A program made the translations under genes and the position numbers. A stretch of DNA of 64,000 nucleotides from Eledone cirrhosa. Taxonomy: Eukaryota. The stretch is from contig OZ024742.1 in assembly GCA_964016885.1 (NCBI GenBank), positions 9,610,001 through 9,674,000 on the forward strand, written 5' to 3'. Below the pieces are notes generated by a model. It was not told the origin of the DNA. It made no database searches and was given only the letters and a program-made list of their open reading frames with translations. This document shows positions 1 to 15,000 of the stretch, one piece after another (positions within the stretch are counted from its first letter, which is position 1; every line of letters starts with the position of its first letter).

Positions 1-3000
1 ATATGAATGAGGTAAATGAAGGAGTTATGTTATATCTTATCTGTTATATGAATGGGGTAAATGAAGGAATTATGTTATATCTTATCTGTTCTATGAATGA
101 GGTAAATGAGGGAGTTATGTTATACCTTATCTGTTATATGAATGAGGTAAATGAAGGAGTTATGTCATATCTTATCTGTTATATGAATGAAGTAAAGGAA
201 GGATTTATGTTATATCCTATCTGTTATATGAATGAGGTAAATGAAGGAGTTATTTTATATCTGTTATATAAATGATGTAAATGAAGGAGTTATGATAAAT
301 CTGTTATATGAATGAGGTATATGAAGGAGTTATTTTATATCTTATCTGTTATCTGAATTAAATAAATGTAGGAGTTATTTCATATTTGTTATACGAATGA
401 GGTAAATGAGGGAGATATGTTATACCTTATCTGTTATATGAATGAGGTAAATGAAGGAGTTGTGTTATATCTTATCTGTTATATGAATGGGGTAAATGAA
501 GGAGTTATGTTATATCTTATCTGTTAGATGAATGAGGTAAACGAAGGAGTTATGTTATATCTGTTATATGAATGAGGCAAATGAAGGAGTTATTTCATAT
601 CATATCTGTTATATGAATGAGGTAAATGAAGGAGTTATTTTATATATTATCTGTTATATGAATGACGTAAATGAAGGAGTTATGTCATATCTTATCTGTT
701 ATATGAATGAAGTAAAGGAAGGATTTATGTTATAACTTATCTGTTATATGAATGAGGTAAATGAAGGAGTTATGTTATATTTTATCTCTTATATGATTGG
801 GGGAAATGAAGGAGTTATGTTATATCTTATCTGTTACATGAATGAGGTAAATGAAGGAGTTATGTTATATCTTATCTGTTATATGAATGAGGTAAATGAA
901 GGAGTTATGTTATATTTTATCTGTTAAATGAATGAGGGAAATGAAGGCGTCATGTTATATCTTCTCTGTTATATGAATGAGGTAAATGAAGGAGTTATGT
1001 TATATCTTATCTGTTATATGAATGAGGTAAATGAAGGTGTTATGTTATACCTTATCTGTTATATGAATGAAGTAAATCAAGGAGTTATGTTAAATCTTAT
1101 CTGTTATATGAATGATGTAAATGACGGAGTTATTTCATATCTTATCTGTTTTATGAATGAGGTAAATGAAGGAGTTATGTTATATTTTATCTGTTATGTG
1201 AATGAGGTAAATGAAAGAGTTATGTTATATCTTATCTGTTATATGAATGAGGTAAATAAAGGAGTTATGTTAGATCTGTTATAAGAATGAGGTAAATGAA
1301 GGAGATATTTCATATCGTATCTGTTATATGAATGAGGTAAATGAAGGGGTTATGTTATATCTTATCTGATATATGAATGAGGTAAATGAAGAGGTTATGT
1401 TATATCATATCTGTTATATGAATGAGGTAAATGAAGAAGTTATGTTATATCTTATCTGTTATATGAATGAGGTAAATGGCGGAGTTATGTTATACCTTAT
1501 CTGTTAAATGAATGAGGTAAATGAAGGAGTTATGTTTTATCTTATCTGTTATATGAATGATGTAAATGACGGAGTTATTTCATATCTTATCTGTTTTATG
1601 AATGAGGTAAATGAAGGAGTTATGTTATATCTTATCTGTTATACGAATGAGGTAAATGAAGGAGTTATTTCATATCTTATCTGTTTTATGAATGAGGTAA
1701 ATGAAGGAATTATGTTATATTTTATCTGTTATGTGAATGAGTTAAATGAAAGAGTTATGTTATATCTTATCTGTTATATGAATGAGGTAAATGAAGGAGT
1801 TATGTTATATCTTATATGTTATATGAATGAGGGAAATGAAGGAGTTATGTTATATCTTATCTGTTATATGAATGAGTTAAATGAAGGAGTTATGTTATAT
1901 CTTATCTGTTCTATGAATGAGGTAAATGAAGGAGTTATGTTACATCTTATCTGTTATATGAATAATGTAAATGGAGGAGTTACGTTATATCTTATCTGTT
2001 ATATGAATGAGGTAAATGAAGGATTTATCTTATATCTGTTATATGACTGAGGTAAATGAAGGAGTTATTTCATATCTTATCTGTCATATGAATGAGGTAA
2101 ATAAAGGAGTTATGTTATATCTTATCTGTTATATGAATGAGGTAAATGAAGGATTTTTTCATATCTTATCTGTTATATAAATGATGTAAATGAAGGAATT
2201 ATGATAAATCTGTTCAATGAATGAGGTAAATGAAGGAGTTATTTTATATCTTATCTTTTATATGAATGAAATAAATGAAGGAGTTATTTTATATCTTATC
2301 TATTATATGAATGAGGTAAATGAAGGAGTTATGTTATATTTGTCATGAATGAGGCAAATGAAGGAGTTATTTCATATCTTATATGTTATATGAATGAGGT
2401 AAATGAAGTAGTTATTTTATATATTATATGTTATATGAATCAGGTAAATGAAGGAGATATTTTATATATTATCTGTTATATGAATGAGGTAAATGAAGGA
2501 GTTATGTTATATCTTATATGTTATATAAATGAGGTAAATGAAGGAGTTATGTTATATCTTATCTGGTATATGAATGAGATAAATGAATGAGATATGTTAT
2601 ATCTTATCTGTGATATGAATGAGGTAAATGAAGGAGTTATGTTATATCTTACCTTTTATATGAATGTGGTAAATGAAGGAGTTATGTTATACCTTTTCTT
2701 TTATATGAATGAGGTAAATGAAGAAGTTGTGTTATATTTTATCTGTTACATGAATGAGGTAAATGAAGGAGTTATGTTATATCTGTTATATGATTGAGGT
2801 AAATGAAGGAGTTATTTCATATCGTATCTGTTATATGAATGAGGCAAATGAAGGAGTTATTTCATATCTTATCTGTTATATGAATGAGGTAAATGAAGGG
2901 GTTATGTTATATCTTATCTGTTATATGAAGAGGTAAATGAAGAAGTTATGTTATATCTTATCTGTTTTATGAATGAGGTAAATGAAGGAGTTATTTCATA

Positions 3001-6000
3001 TATTATCTGTTACATGAAAGTGGTAAATGAAGGAGTTATTTTATATCTTATCTGTTATATGAATGAGGTAAATGAAGGAGTTATGTTATATCTTATATGT
3101 TATATGAATGAGGTAAATGAAGGAGTTATGTTGTCTCTTATCTGTTATATGAATGAGGTAAATGAAGGATTTATGTTATATCTGTTATATGAATGAGGTA
3201 AATAAAGGAGTTATGTTATATCTTATCTGTTATATGAATGAGGTAAACGAAGGATTTTTTCATATCTTATCTGTCATATGAATGATGTAAATGAAGGAGT
3301 TATTTTATATCTTATCTGTTATATGATGAAATATATGAAGGAGTTACTTTATATCTTATCTATTATATGAATGAGGTAAATGAAGGAGTTATTTTATATT
3401 TGTTATATGAATGAGGTAAATGAAGGAGTTATTTCATATCTTATCTGTTATATGAATGAGGTAAATGAAGGAGTTATGTTGTATTTGTCATAGGAATGAG
3501 CAAATGAAGGAGTTATTTCATATCTTAAATGTTATATGAATGAGGTAAATGAAGAAGTTATTTTATATATTATATGTTATATGAATGAGGTAAATGAAGG
3601 AGTTATGTCATATATTATCTGTTATATGAATGACGGAAATGAGGAAGTTATGTTATACATTATCTGTTATATGTATGAGGTAAATGAAGGAGTTATGTTA
3701 TATCTTATCTGTTATATGAATGAGGTAAATGAAGGAGTTATGTTATATCTTATATGTTATATGAATGATGTAAATGAAGGAGTTATATCTTATCTGTTAT
3801 ATGAATGAGGTAAATGAAGGAGTTATGTTATATCTTATATGTATTATGAATGAGGTAAATGAAGGAGTTATGTTATATCTTATCTGTTATATGAATGAGG
3901 TAAATGAAGGAGTTATGTTATATCTTATCTGTTATATGAACGAGGTAAATGACGGGTTATGTTATATCTTATCTGTTATATGAATGAGGTAAATGAAGGA
4001 GTTATGTTATATCTGTTATATGAATGATGTAAATGAAGGAGTTATGATAAATCTGTTATATGAATGAGGTAAATGAAGGAGTTATTTTATATCTTATCTG
4101 TTATATGAATGAAATAAATGAAGGAGTTATTTCATATTTGTTATACGAATGAGGTAAATGAAGGAGTTATGTTATATCTTATATGTTATATGAATGAGGT
4201 AAATGAAGGAGTTATGTTATATCTAATCTGTTATATGAATGGGGTAAATGAAGGAGTTATGTTATATCTTATCTGTTAGATGAATGAGGTAAACGAAGGA
4301 GTTATGTTATATCTGTTATATGAATGAGGCAAATGAAGGAGTTATTTCATATCATATCTGTTATATGAATGAGGTAAATGAAGGAGTTATTTTATATATT
4401 ATCTGTTATATGAATGAGGTAAATGAAGGAGTTATGTCATATCTTATCTGTTATATGAATGAAGTAAATGAAGGAGTTATGTTATATCTTATCTGTTATA
4501 TGAAAGAGGTAAATGAAGGAGTTATGTTATATTTTATCTGTTAAATGAATGAGGGAAATGAAGGAGTCATGTTATATCTTCTCTGTTATATGAATGAGGT
4601 AAATGAAGGAGTTATGTTATACCTTATCTGTTATATGAATGAGGTAAATGAAGGAGTTATGTTAAATCTTATCTGTTATATGAATGAAGTAAATGACGGA
4701 GTTATTTCATATCTTATCTGTTTTATGAATGAGTTAAATGAAGGAGTTATGTTATATCTTATCTGTTATATGAATGAGGTAAATAAAGGAGTTATGTTAG
4801 ATCGTTTATATGAATGAGGTAAATGAAGGAGTTATGTCATATCTTATCTGTTATATGAATGAGGTAAATGAAGAAGTTGTGTTATATCTTATCTGTTATA
4901 TGAATGAGGTAAATGAAGGAGTTATGTTATATCTGTTATATGAATTAGGTAAATGAAGGAGTTATTTCATATCGTATCTGTTATATGAATGAGGCAAATG
5001 AAGGAGTTATTTCATATCTTATATGTTATATGAATGCAGTAAATGAAGGAGTTATTTTATATATTATATGTTAGATGAATGAGGTAAATGAAGGAGTTAT
5101 GTTATATCTTATATATTATATGAATGAGGTAAATGAAGGAGTTATGTTATATCTTATCTGTTATATGAATGAGTTAAATGAAGAAGTTATGTTATATCTT
5201 ATCTGTTATATGAATGAGGTAAATGAAGGAGATATGTTATATCTTATCTGTTATATGAATGAGGTAAATGAAGGAGTTATGTTATATCTTATCTGTTATA
5301 TGAATGAGGTAAATGAAGGAGTTATGTTATACCCTATCTGTTATATGAATGAGGTAAATGAAGAAGTTGTGTTATATCTTATCTGTTATATGAATGTGGT
5401 GAATGAAGGAGTTATGTTATATCTGTTATATGAATGAGGTAAATGAAGGATTTATTTCATATCTTATCTGTTATAAGAATGAGGTAAATGAAGGGGTTAT
5501 GTTTATATCTTATTTGTTTTATGAATGAGGTAAATGAAGGAGTTATGTTACATTTTATCTGTTATATGAATGAGGTAAATGAAGGAGTTATGTCATGTCT
5601 TATCTGTTATATGAATGAAGTAAATGAAAGAGGGATTTTATATCTTATCTGTTATATGAATGAGGTAAATGAAGGTGTTATAATATATACTATCTGTTAT
5701 ATGAATGAAGTAAATGAAGGAGTTATGTTATATCTTATCTCTTATATGAATGAGGTAAATGAAGGAGTTATTTCATATCTTATCTGTTATATGAATGTGG
5801 TAAATGAAGGAGTTATGTTACATCTTATCTGTTAAATGAATGATGTAAATGAAGGAGTTATGATAAATCTGTTATATAAATGAGGTAAATGAAGGAGTTA
5901 TTTTATATCTTATATGTTATATGAATGAAATAAATGAAGGAGTTATTGTATATCTTATCTATTATATGAATGAGGTAAATGAAGGAGTTATTTTATATTT

Positions 6001-9000
6001 GTTATATGAATGAGGTAAATGAAGGAGTTATTTCATATCTTATCTGTTATAGGAATGAGGTAAATGAAGGAGTTATTTTATATATTATATGTTATATGAA
6101 TGAGGTAAATGAAGGAGTTATGTTATATCTTATCTGTTATATGAATGAGGTAAATGAAGGAGTTATGTTATATCTTATCTGTTATATGAATGAGTTAAAT
6201 GAAGGCGTTATGTTATATCTTCTATGTTATATAAATGAGGTAAATGAAGGAGTTATGTTATATTGTATCTGTTAAATGAATGAGGGAAATGAAGGAGTCA
6301 TGTTATATCTTATCTGTTATATGAATGAGGTAAATGAAGGAGATATGTTATATCTTATCTGTTATATGAATGAGATAAATGAAGGAGTTATGTTATATCT
6401 TATCTTTTATATGAATGTGGTAAATGAAGGAGTTATGTTATTCCTTATTTTTTATATGAATGAGGTAAATGAAGAAGTCGTGTTATATTTTATCTGTTAC
6501 ATGAATGAGGTAAATGAAAGAGTTATGTTATATCTGTTATATGAATGAGGTAAATGAAGGAGTTACGTTACAGATTATCTGTTATATGAATGAGGTAAAT
6601 GAAGGAGTTATGTTGTCTCTGTTATATGAATGAGGTAAATAAAGTAGTTATGTTATATCTTATCTGTTATATGAATGAGGTAAACGAAGGATTTTTTCAT
6701 ATCTTATCTGTCATATGAATGATGTAAATGAAGGAGTTATTTTATATCTTATCTGTTATATGATGAAATAAATGAAGAAGTTATTTTATATCTTATCTAT
6801 TATATGTATGAGGTAAATGAAGTAGTTATTTTATGTTTGTTATATGTATGAGGTAAATGAAGGAGTTATTTCATATCTTATCTGTTATATGAATGGGGTA
6901 AATGAAGGAGTTTTGTTGTATTTCTCATATGAATGAGCAAATGAAGGAGTTATTTCATATCTTATATGTTATATGAATGAGGTAAATGAAAGAGTTATGT
7001 TATATCTTATATGTTATATGAATGAGGTAAATGAAGGAGTTATATCTTATCTGTTATATGAATGAGGTAAATGAAGGAGTTATGTTATATCTTATATGTA
7101 TTACGAATGAGGTAAATGAAGGAGTTATGTTATATCTTATGTGTTATATGAATGAGGTAAATGACGGAGTTATGTTATATCTTATCTGTTATATGAATGA
7201 GGTAAATGAAGGAGTTATGTTATATCTGTTATATAAATGATGTAAATGAAGGAGTTATGATAAATCTGTTATATGAATGAGGTAAATGAAGGAGTTATTT
7301 TATATCTTATCTGTTATCTGAATTAAATAAATGTAGGAGTTATTTCATATTTGTTATACGAATGAGGTAAATGAAGGAGTTATGTTATATCTTATATGTT
7401 ATATGAATGAGGTAAATGAAGGAGTTATGTTATATCTTATCTGTTATATGAATGGGGTAAATGAAGGAATTATGTTATATCTTATCTGTTCTATGAATGA
7501 GGTAAATGAGGGAGTTATGTTATACCTTATCTGTTATATGAATGAGGTAAATGAAGGAGTTATGTTATATCTTATCTGTTATATGAATGGGGTAAATGAA
7601 GGAGTTATGTTATATCTTATCTGTTAGATGAATGAGGTAAACGAAGGAGTTATGTTATATCTGTTATATGAATGAGGCAAATGAAGGAGTTATTTCATAT
7701 CATATCTGTTATATGAATGAGGTAAATGAAGGAGTTATTTTATATATTATCTGTTATATGAATGACGTAAATGAAGGAGTTATGTCATATCTTATCTGTT
7801 ATATGAATGAAGTAAAGGAAGGATTTATGTTATAACTTATCTGTTATATGAATGAGGTAAATGAAGGAGTTATGTTATATTTTATCTCTTATATGATTGG
7901 GGGAAATGAAGGAGTTATGTTATATCTTATCTGTTACATGAATGAGGTAAATGAAGGAGTTATGTTATATCTTATCTGTTATATGAATGAGGTAAATGAA
8001 GGAGTTATGTTATATTTTATCTGTTAAATGAATGAGGGAAATGAAGGAGTCATGTTATATCTTCTCTGTTATATGAATGAGGTAAATGAAGGAGTTATGT
8101 TATATCTTATCTGTTATATGAATGAGGTAAATGAAGGAGTTATGTTATACCTTATCTGTTATATGAATGAAGTAAATCAAGGAGTTATGTTAAATCTTAT
8201 CTGTTATATGAATGATGTAAATGACGGAGTTATTTCATATCTTATCTGTTTTATGAATGAGGTAAATGAAGGAGTTATGTTATATTTTATCTGTTATGTG
8301 AATGAGGTAAATGAAAGAGTTATGTTATATGTTATCTGTTATATGAATGAGGTAAATGAAGGAGTTATGTTATATCTTATATGTTATATGAATGAGGTAA
8401 ATGAAGGAGTTATGTTATATCTTATCTGTTATATGAATGGGGTAAATGAAGGAATTATGTTATATCTTATCTGTTCTATGAATGAGGTAAATGAGGGAGT
8501 TATGTTATACCTTATCTGTTATATGAATGAGGTAAATGAAGGAGTTATGTCATATCTTATCTGTTATATGAATGAAGTAAAGGAAGGATTTATGTTATAT
8601 CCTATCTGTTATATGAATGAGGTAAATGAAGGAGTTATTTTATATCTGTTATATAAATGATGTAAATGAAGGAGTTATGATAAATCTGTTATATGAATGA
8701 GGTATATGAAGGAGTTATTTTATATCTTATCTGTTATCTGAATTAAATAAATGTAGGAGTTATTTCATATTTGTTATACGAATGAGGTAAATGAGGGAGA
8801 TATGTTATACCTTATCTGTTATATGAATGAGGTAAATGAAGGAGTTGTGTTATATCTTATCTGTTATATGAATGGGGTAAATGAAGGAGTTATGTTATAT
8901 CTTATCTGTTAGATGAATGAGGTAAACGAAGGAGTTATGTTATATCTGTTATATGAATGAGGCAAATGAAGGAGTTATTTCATATCATATCTGTTATATG

Positions 9001-12000
9001 AATGAGGTAAATGAAGGAGTTATTTTATATATTATCTGTTATATGAATGACGTAAATGAAGGAGTTATGTCATATCTTATCTGTTATATGAATGAAGTAA
9101 AGGAAGGATTTATGTTATAACTTATCTGTTATATGAATGAGGTAAATGAAGGAGTTATGTTATATTTTATCTCTTATATGATTGGGGGAAATGAAGGAGT
9201 TATGTTATATCTTATCTGTTACATGAATGAGGTAAATGAAGGAGTTATGTTATATCTTATCTGTTATATGAATGAGGTAAATGAAGGAGTTATGTTATAT
9301 TTTATCTGTTAAATGAATGAGGGAAATGAAGGCGTCATGTTATATCTTCTCTGTTATATGAATGAGGTAAATGAAGGAGTTATGTTATATCTTATCTGTT
9401 ATATGAATGAGGTAAATGAAGGTGTTATGTTATACCTTATCTGTTATATGAATGAAGTAAATCAAGGAGTTATGTTAAATCTTATCTGTTATATGAATGA
9501 TGTAAATGACGGAGTTATTTCATATCTTATCTGTTTTATGAATGAGGTAAATGAAGGAGTTATGTTATATTTTATCTGTTATGTGAATGAGGTAAATGAA
9601 AGAGTTATGTTATATCTTATCTGTTATATGAATGAGGTAAATAAAGGAGTTATGTTAGATCTGTTATATGAATGAGGTAAATGAAGGAGATATTTCATAT
9701 CGTATCTGTTATATGAATGAGGTAAATGAAGGGGTTATGTTATATCTTATCTGTTATATGAATGAGGTAAATGAAGAGGTTATGTTATATCATATCTGTT
9801 ATATGAATGAGGTAAATGAAGAAGTTATGTTATATCTTATCTGTTATATGAATGAGGTAAATGGCGGAGTTATGTTATACCTTATCTGTTAAATGAATGA
9901 GGTAAATGAAGGAGCTATGTTTTATCTTATCTGTTATATGAATGATGTAAATGACGGAGTTATTTCATATCTTATCTGTTTTATGAATGAGGTAAATGAA
10001 GGAGTTATGTTATATCTTATCTGTTATACGAATGAGGTAAATGAAGGAGTTATTTCATATCTTATCTGTTTTATGAATGAGGTAAATGAAGGAATTATGT
10101 TATATTTTATCTGTTATGTGAATGAGTTAAATGAAAGAGTTATGTTATATCTTATCTGTTATATGAATGAGGTAAATGAAGGAGTTATGTTATATCTTAT
10201 ATGTTATATGAATGAGGGAAATGAAGGAGTTATGTTATATCTTATCTGTTATATGAATGAGTTAAATGAAGGAGTTATGTTATATCTTATCTGTTCTATG
10301 AATGAGGTAAATGAAGGAGTTATGTTACATCTTATCTGTTATATGAATAATGTAAATGGAGGAGTTACGTTATATCTTATCTGTTATATGAATGAGGTAA
10401 ATGAAGGATTTATCTTATATCTGTTATATGACTGAGGTAAATGAAGGAGTTATTTCATATCTTATCTGTCATATGAATGAGGTAAATAAAGGAGTTATGT
10501 TATATCTTATCTGTTATATGAATGAGGTAAATGAAGGATTTTTTCATATCTTATCTGTTATATAAATGATGTAAATGAAGGAATTATGATAAATCTGTTC
10601 AATGAATGAGGTAAATGAAGGAGTTATTTTATATCTTATCTTTTATATGAATGAAATAAATGAAGGAGTTATTTTATATCTTATCTATTATATGAATGAG
10701 GTAAATGAAGGAGTTATGTTATATTTGTCATGAATGAGGCAAATGAAGGAGTTATTTCATATCTTATATGTTATATGAATGAGGTAAATGAAGTAGTTAT
10801 TTTATATATTATATGTTATATGAATCAGGTAAATGAAGGAGATATTTTATATATTATCTGTTATATGAATGAGGTAAATGAAGGAGTTATGTTATATCTT
10901 ATATGTTATATAAATGAGGTAAATGAAGGAGTTATGTTATATCTTATCTGGTATATGAATGAGATAAATGAATGAGATATGTTATATCTTATCTGTGATA
11001 TGAATGAGGTAAATGAAGGAGTTATGTTATATCTTACCTTTTATATGAATGTGGTAAATGAAGGAGTTATGTTATACCTTTTCTTTTATATGAATGAGGT
11101 AAATGAAGAAGTTGTGTTATATTTTATCTGTTACATGAATGAGGTAAATGAAGGAGTTATGTTATATCTGTTATATGATTGAGGTAAATGAAGGAGTTAT
11201 TTCATATCGTATCTGTTATATGAATGAGGCAAATGAAGGAGTTATTTCATATCTTATCTGTTATATGAATGAGGTAAATGAAGGGGTTATGTTATATCTT
11301 ATCTGTTATATGAAGAGGTAAATGAAGAAGTTATGTTATATCTTATCTGTTTTATGAATGAGGTAAATGAAGGAGTTATTTCATATATTATCTGTTACAT
11401 GAAAGTGGTAAATGAAGGAGTTATTTTATATCTTATCTGTTATATGAATGAGGTAAATGAAGGAGTTATGTTATATCTTATATGTTATATGAATGAGGTA
11501 AATGAAGGAGTTATGTTGTCTCTTATCTGTTATATGAATGAGGTAAATGAAGGATTTATGTTATATCTGTTATATGAATGAGGTAAATAAAGGAGTTATG
11601 TTATATCTTATCTGTTATATGAATGAGGTAAACGAAGGATTTTTTCATATCTTATCTGTCATATGAATGATGTAAATGAAGGAGTTATTTTATATCTTAT
11701 CTGTTATATGATGAAATATATGAAGGAGTTACTTTATATCTTATCTATTATATGAATGAGGTAAATGAAGGAGTTATTTTATATTTGTTATATGAATGAG
11801 GTAAATGAAGGAGTTATTTCATATCTTATCTGTTATATGAATGAGGTAAATGAAGGAGTTATGTTGTATTTGTCATAGGAATGAGCAAATGAAGGAGTTA
11901 TTTCATATCTTAAATGTTATATGAATGAGGTAAATGAAGAAGTTATTTTATATATTATATGTTATATGAATGAGGTAAATGAAGGAGTTATGTCATATAT

Positions 12001-15000
12001 TATCTGTTATATGAATGAGGTAAATGAAGGAGTTATGTTATATCTTATATGTTATATGAATGATGTAAATGAAGGAGTTATATCTTATCTGTTATATGAA
12101 TGAGGTAAATGAAGGAGTTATGTTATATCTTATATGTATTATGAATGAGGTAAATGAAGGAGTTATGTTATATCTTATCTGTTATATGAATGAGGTAAAT
12201 GAAGGAGTTATGTTATATCTTATCTGTTATATGAACGAGGTAAATGACGGGTTATGTTATATCTTATCTGTTATATGAATGAGGTAAATGAAGGAGTTAT
12301 GTTATATCTGTTATATGAATGATGTAAATGAAGGAGTTATGATAAATCTGTTATATGAATGAGGTAAATGAAGGAGTTATTTTATATCTTATCTGTTATA
12401 TGAATGAAATAAATGAAGGAGTTATTTCATATTTGTTATACGAATGAGGTAAATGAAGGAGTTATGTTATATCTTATATGTTATATGAATGAGGTAAATG
12501 AAGGAGTTATGTTATATCTAATCTGTTATATGAATGGGGTAAATGAAGGAGTTATGTTATATCTTATCTGTTAGATGAATGAGGTAAACGAAGGAGTTAT
12601 GTTATATCTGTTATATGAATGAGGCAAATGAAGGAGTTATTTCATATCATATCTGTTATATGAATGAGGTAAATGAAGGAGTTATTTTATATATTATCTG
12701 TTATATGAATGAGGTAAATGAAGGAGTTATGTCATATCTTATCTGTTATATGAATGAAGTAAATGAAGGAGTTATGTTATATCTTATCTGTTATATGAAA
12801 GAGGTAAATGAAGGAGTTATGTTATATTTTATCTGTTAAATGAATGAGGGAAATGAAGGAGTCATGTTATATCTTCTCTGTTATATGAATGAGGTAAATG
12901 AAGGAGTTATGTTATACCTTATCTGTTATATGAATGAGGTAAATGAAGGAGTTATGTTAAATCTTATCTGTTATATGAATGAAGTAAATGACGGAGTTAT
13001 TTCATATCTTATCTGTTTTATGAATGAGTTAAATGAAGGAGTTATGTTATATCTTATCTGTTATATGAATGAGGTAAATAAAGGAGTTATGTTAGATCGT
13101 TTATATGAATGAGGTAAATGAAGGAGTTATGTCATATCTTATCTGTTATATGAATGAAGTAAATGAAGGAGTTATGTTATATCTTATCTGTTATATGAAA
13201 GAGGTAAATGAAGGAGTTATGTTATATCTTATCTGTTATATGAATGAGGTAAATGAAGGAGTTATGTTATATCTTATCTGTTATATGAATGAGGTAAATG
13301 ACGGAGTTATGTTATACCTTATCTGTTATATGAATGAGGTAAATGAAGGAGTTATGTTTTATCTTATATGTTATATGAATGAGGTAAATGAAGGAGTTAT
13401 GTTATATCTTATCTGTTATATGAATGAGGTAAATGACGGAGTTATGTTATACCTTATCTGTTATATGAATGAGGTAAATGAAGGAGTTATGTTATATCTT
13501 ATCTGTTATATGAATGAGGTAAATGACGGAGTTATGTTATACCTTATCTGTTATATGAATGATGTAAATGACGGAGTTATTTCATATCTGATCTTTTTTA
13601 TGAATGAGGTAAATGAAGGAGTTATGTTATATCTTATATGTTATATGAATGAGGGAAATGAAGGAGTCATGTTATATCTTATCTGTTAAATGAATGAGGT
13701 AAATAAAGGAGTTATGTTAGATCGTTTATATGAATGAGGTAAATGAAGGAGATATTTCATATCGTATCTGTTATATGAATGAGGCAAATGAAGGAGTTAT
13801 TTCATATCTTATCTGTTATATGAATGAGGTAAATGAAGGAGTTATGTTATATCTTATCTGTTATATGAATGAGGTAAATGAAGGAGTTATTTCATATCTT
13901 ACCTGTTATATGAATGAGGTAAATAGAGGAGTTATGTTATATCTTATCTGTTATATGAATGAGGTAAATGAAGGAGTTATGTTATATCTTATCTGTTATA
14001 TGAATGAGGTAAATGAAGGAGTTATGTTTTATCTTATCTGTTATATGAATGATGTAAATGACGGAGTTATTTCATATCTCATCTTTTTTATGAATGAGGT
14101 AAATGAAGGAATTATGTTATATCTTATCTGTTATATGAATGAGGTAAATGAAGGAGTTATTTCATATCTTATCTGTTTTATGAATGAGGTAAATGAAGGA
14201 ATTATGTTATATTTTATCTGTTATGTGAATGAGGTAAATGAAAGAGTTATGTTATATCTTATCTGTTATATGAATGAGGTAAATGAAGGAGTTATGTTAT
14301 ATCTTGCATGTTATATGAATGATGGAAATGAAGGAGTTATGTTACATCTTATCTGTTATATGAATAAGGTTAATGAAGGAGTTACGTTATATCTTATCTG
14401 TTATATGAATGAGGTAAATGAATGAGTTATGTTATCTCTTATCTGATATATGAATGAGGTAAATGAAGGATTTATCTTATATCTGTTATATGACTGAGGT
14501 AAATGAAGGAGTTATTTCATATCTTATCTGTCATATGAATGAGGTAAATAAAGGAGTTATGTTATATCTTATCTGTTATATGAATGAGGTAAATGAAGGA
14601 TTTGTTCATATCTTATCTGTTATATGAATGATGTAAATGAAGGAATTATGATAAATCTGTTCAATGAATGAGGTAAATGAAGGAGTTATTTTATATCTTA
14701 TCTGTTATATGAATGAAATAATTGAAGGAGTTATTTTATATCTTATCTATTATATGAATGAGGTAAATGAAGGAGTTATGTTATATTTGTCATGAATGAG
14801 GCAAATGAAGGAGTTATTTCATATCTTATATGTTATATGAATGAGGTAAATGAAGTAGTTATTTTATATATTATATGTTGTATGAATAAGGTAAATGAAG
14901 GAGATATTTTATATATTATCTGTTATATGAATGAGGTAAATGAAGGATTTATGTTATATCTTATATGTTATATGAATGAGGTAAATGAAGGAGTTATGTT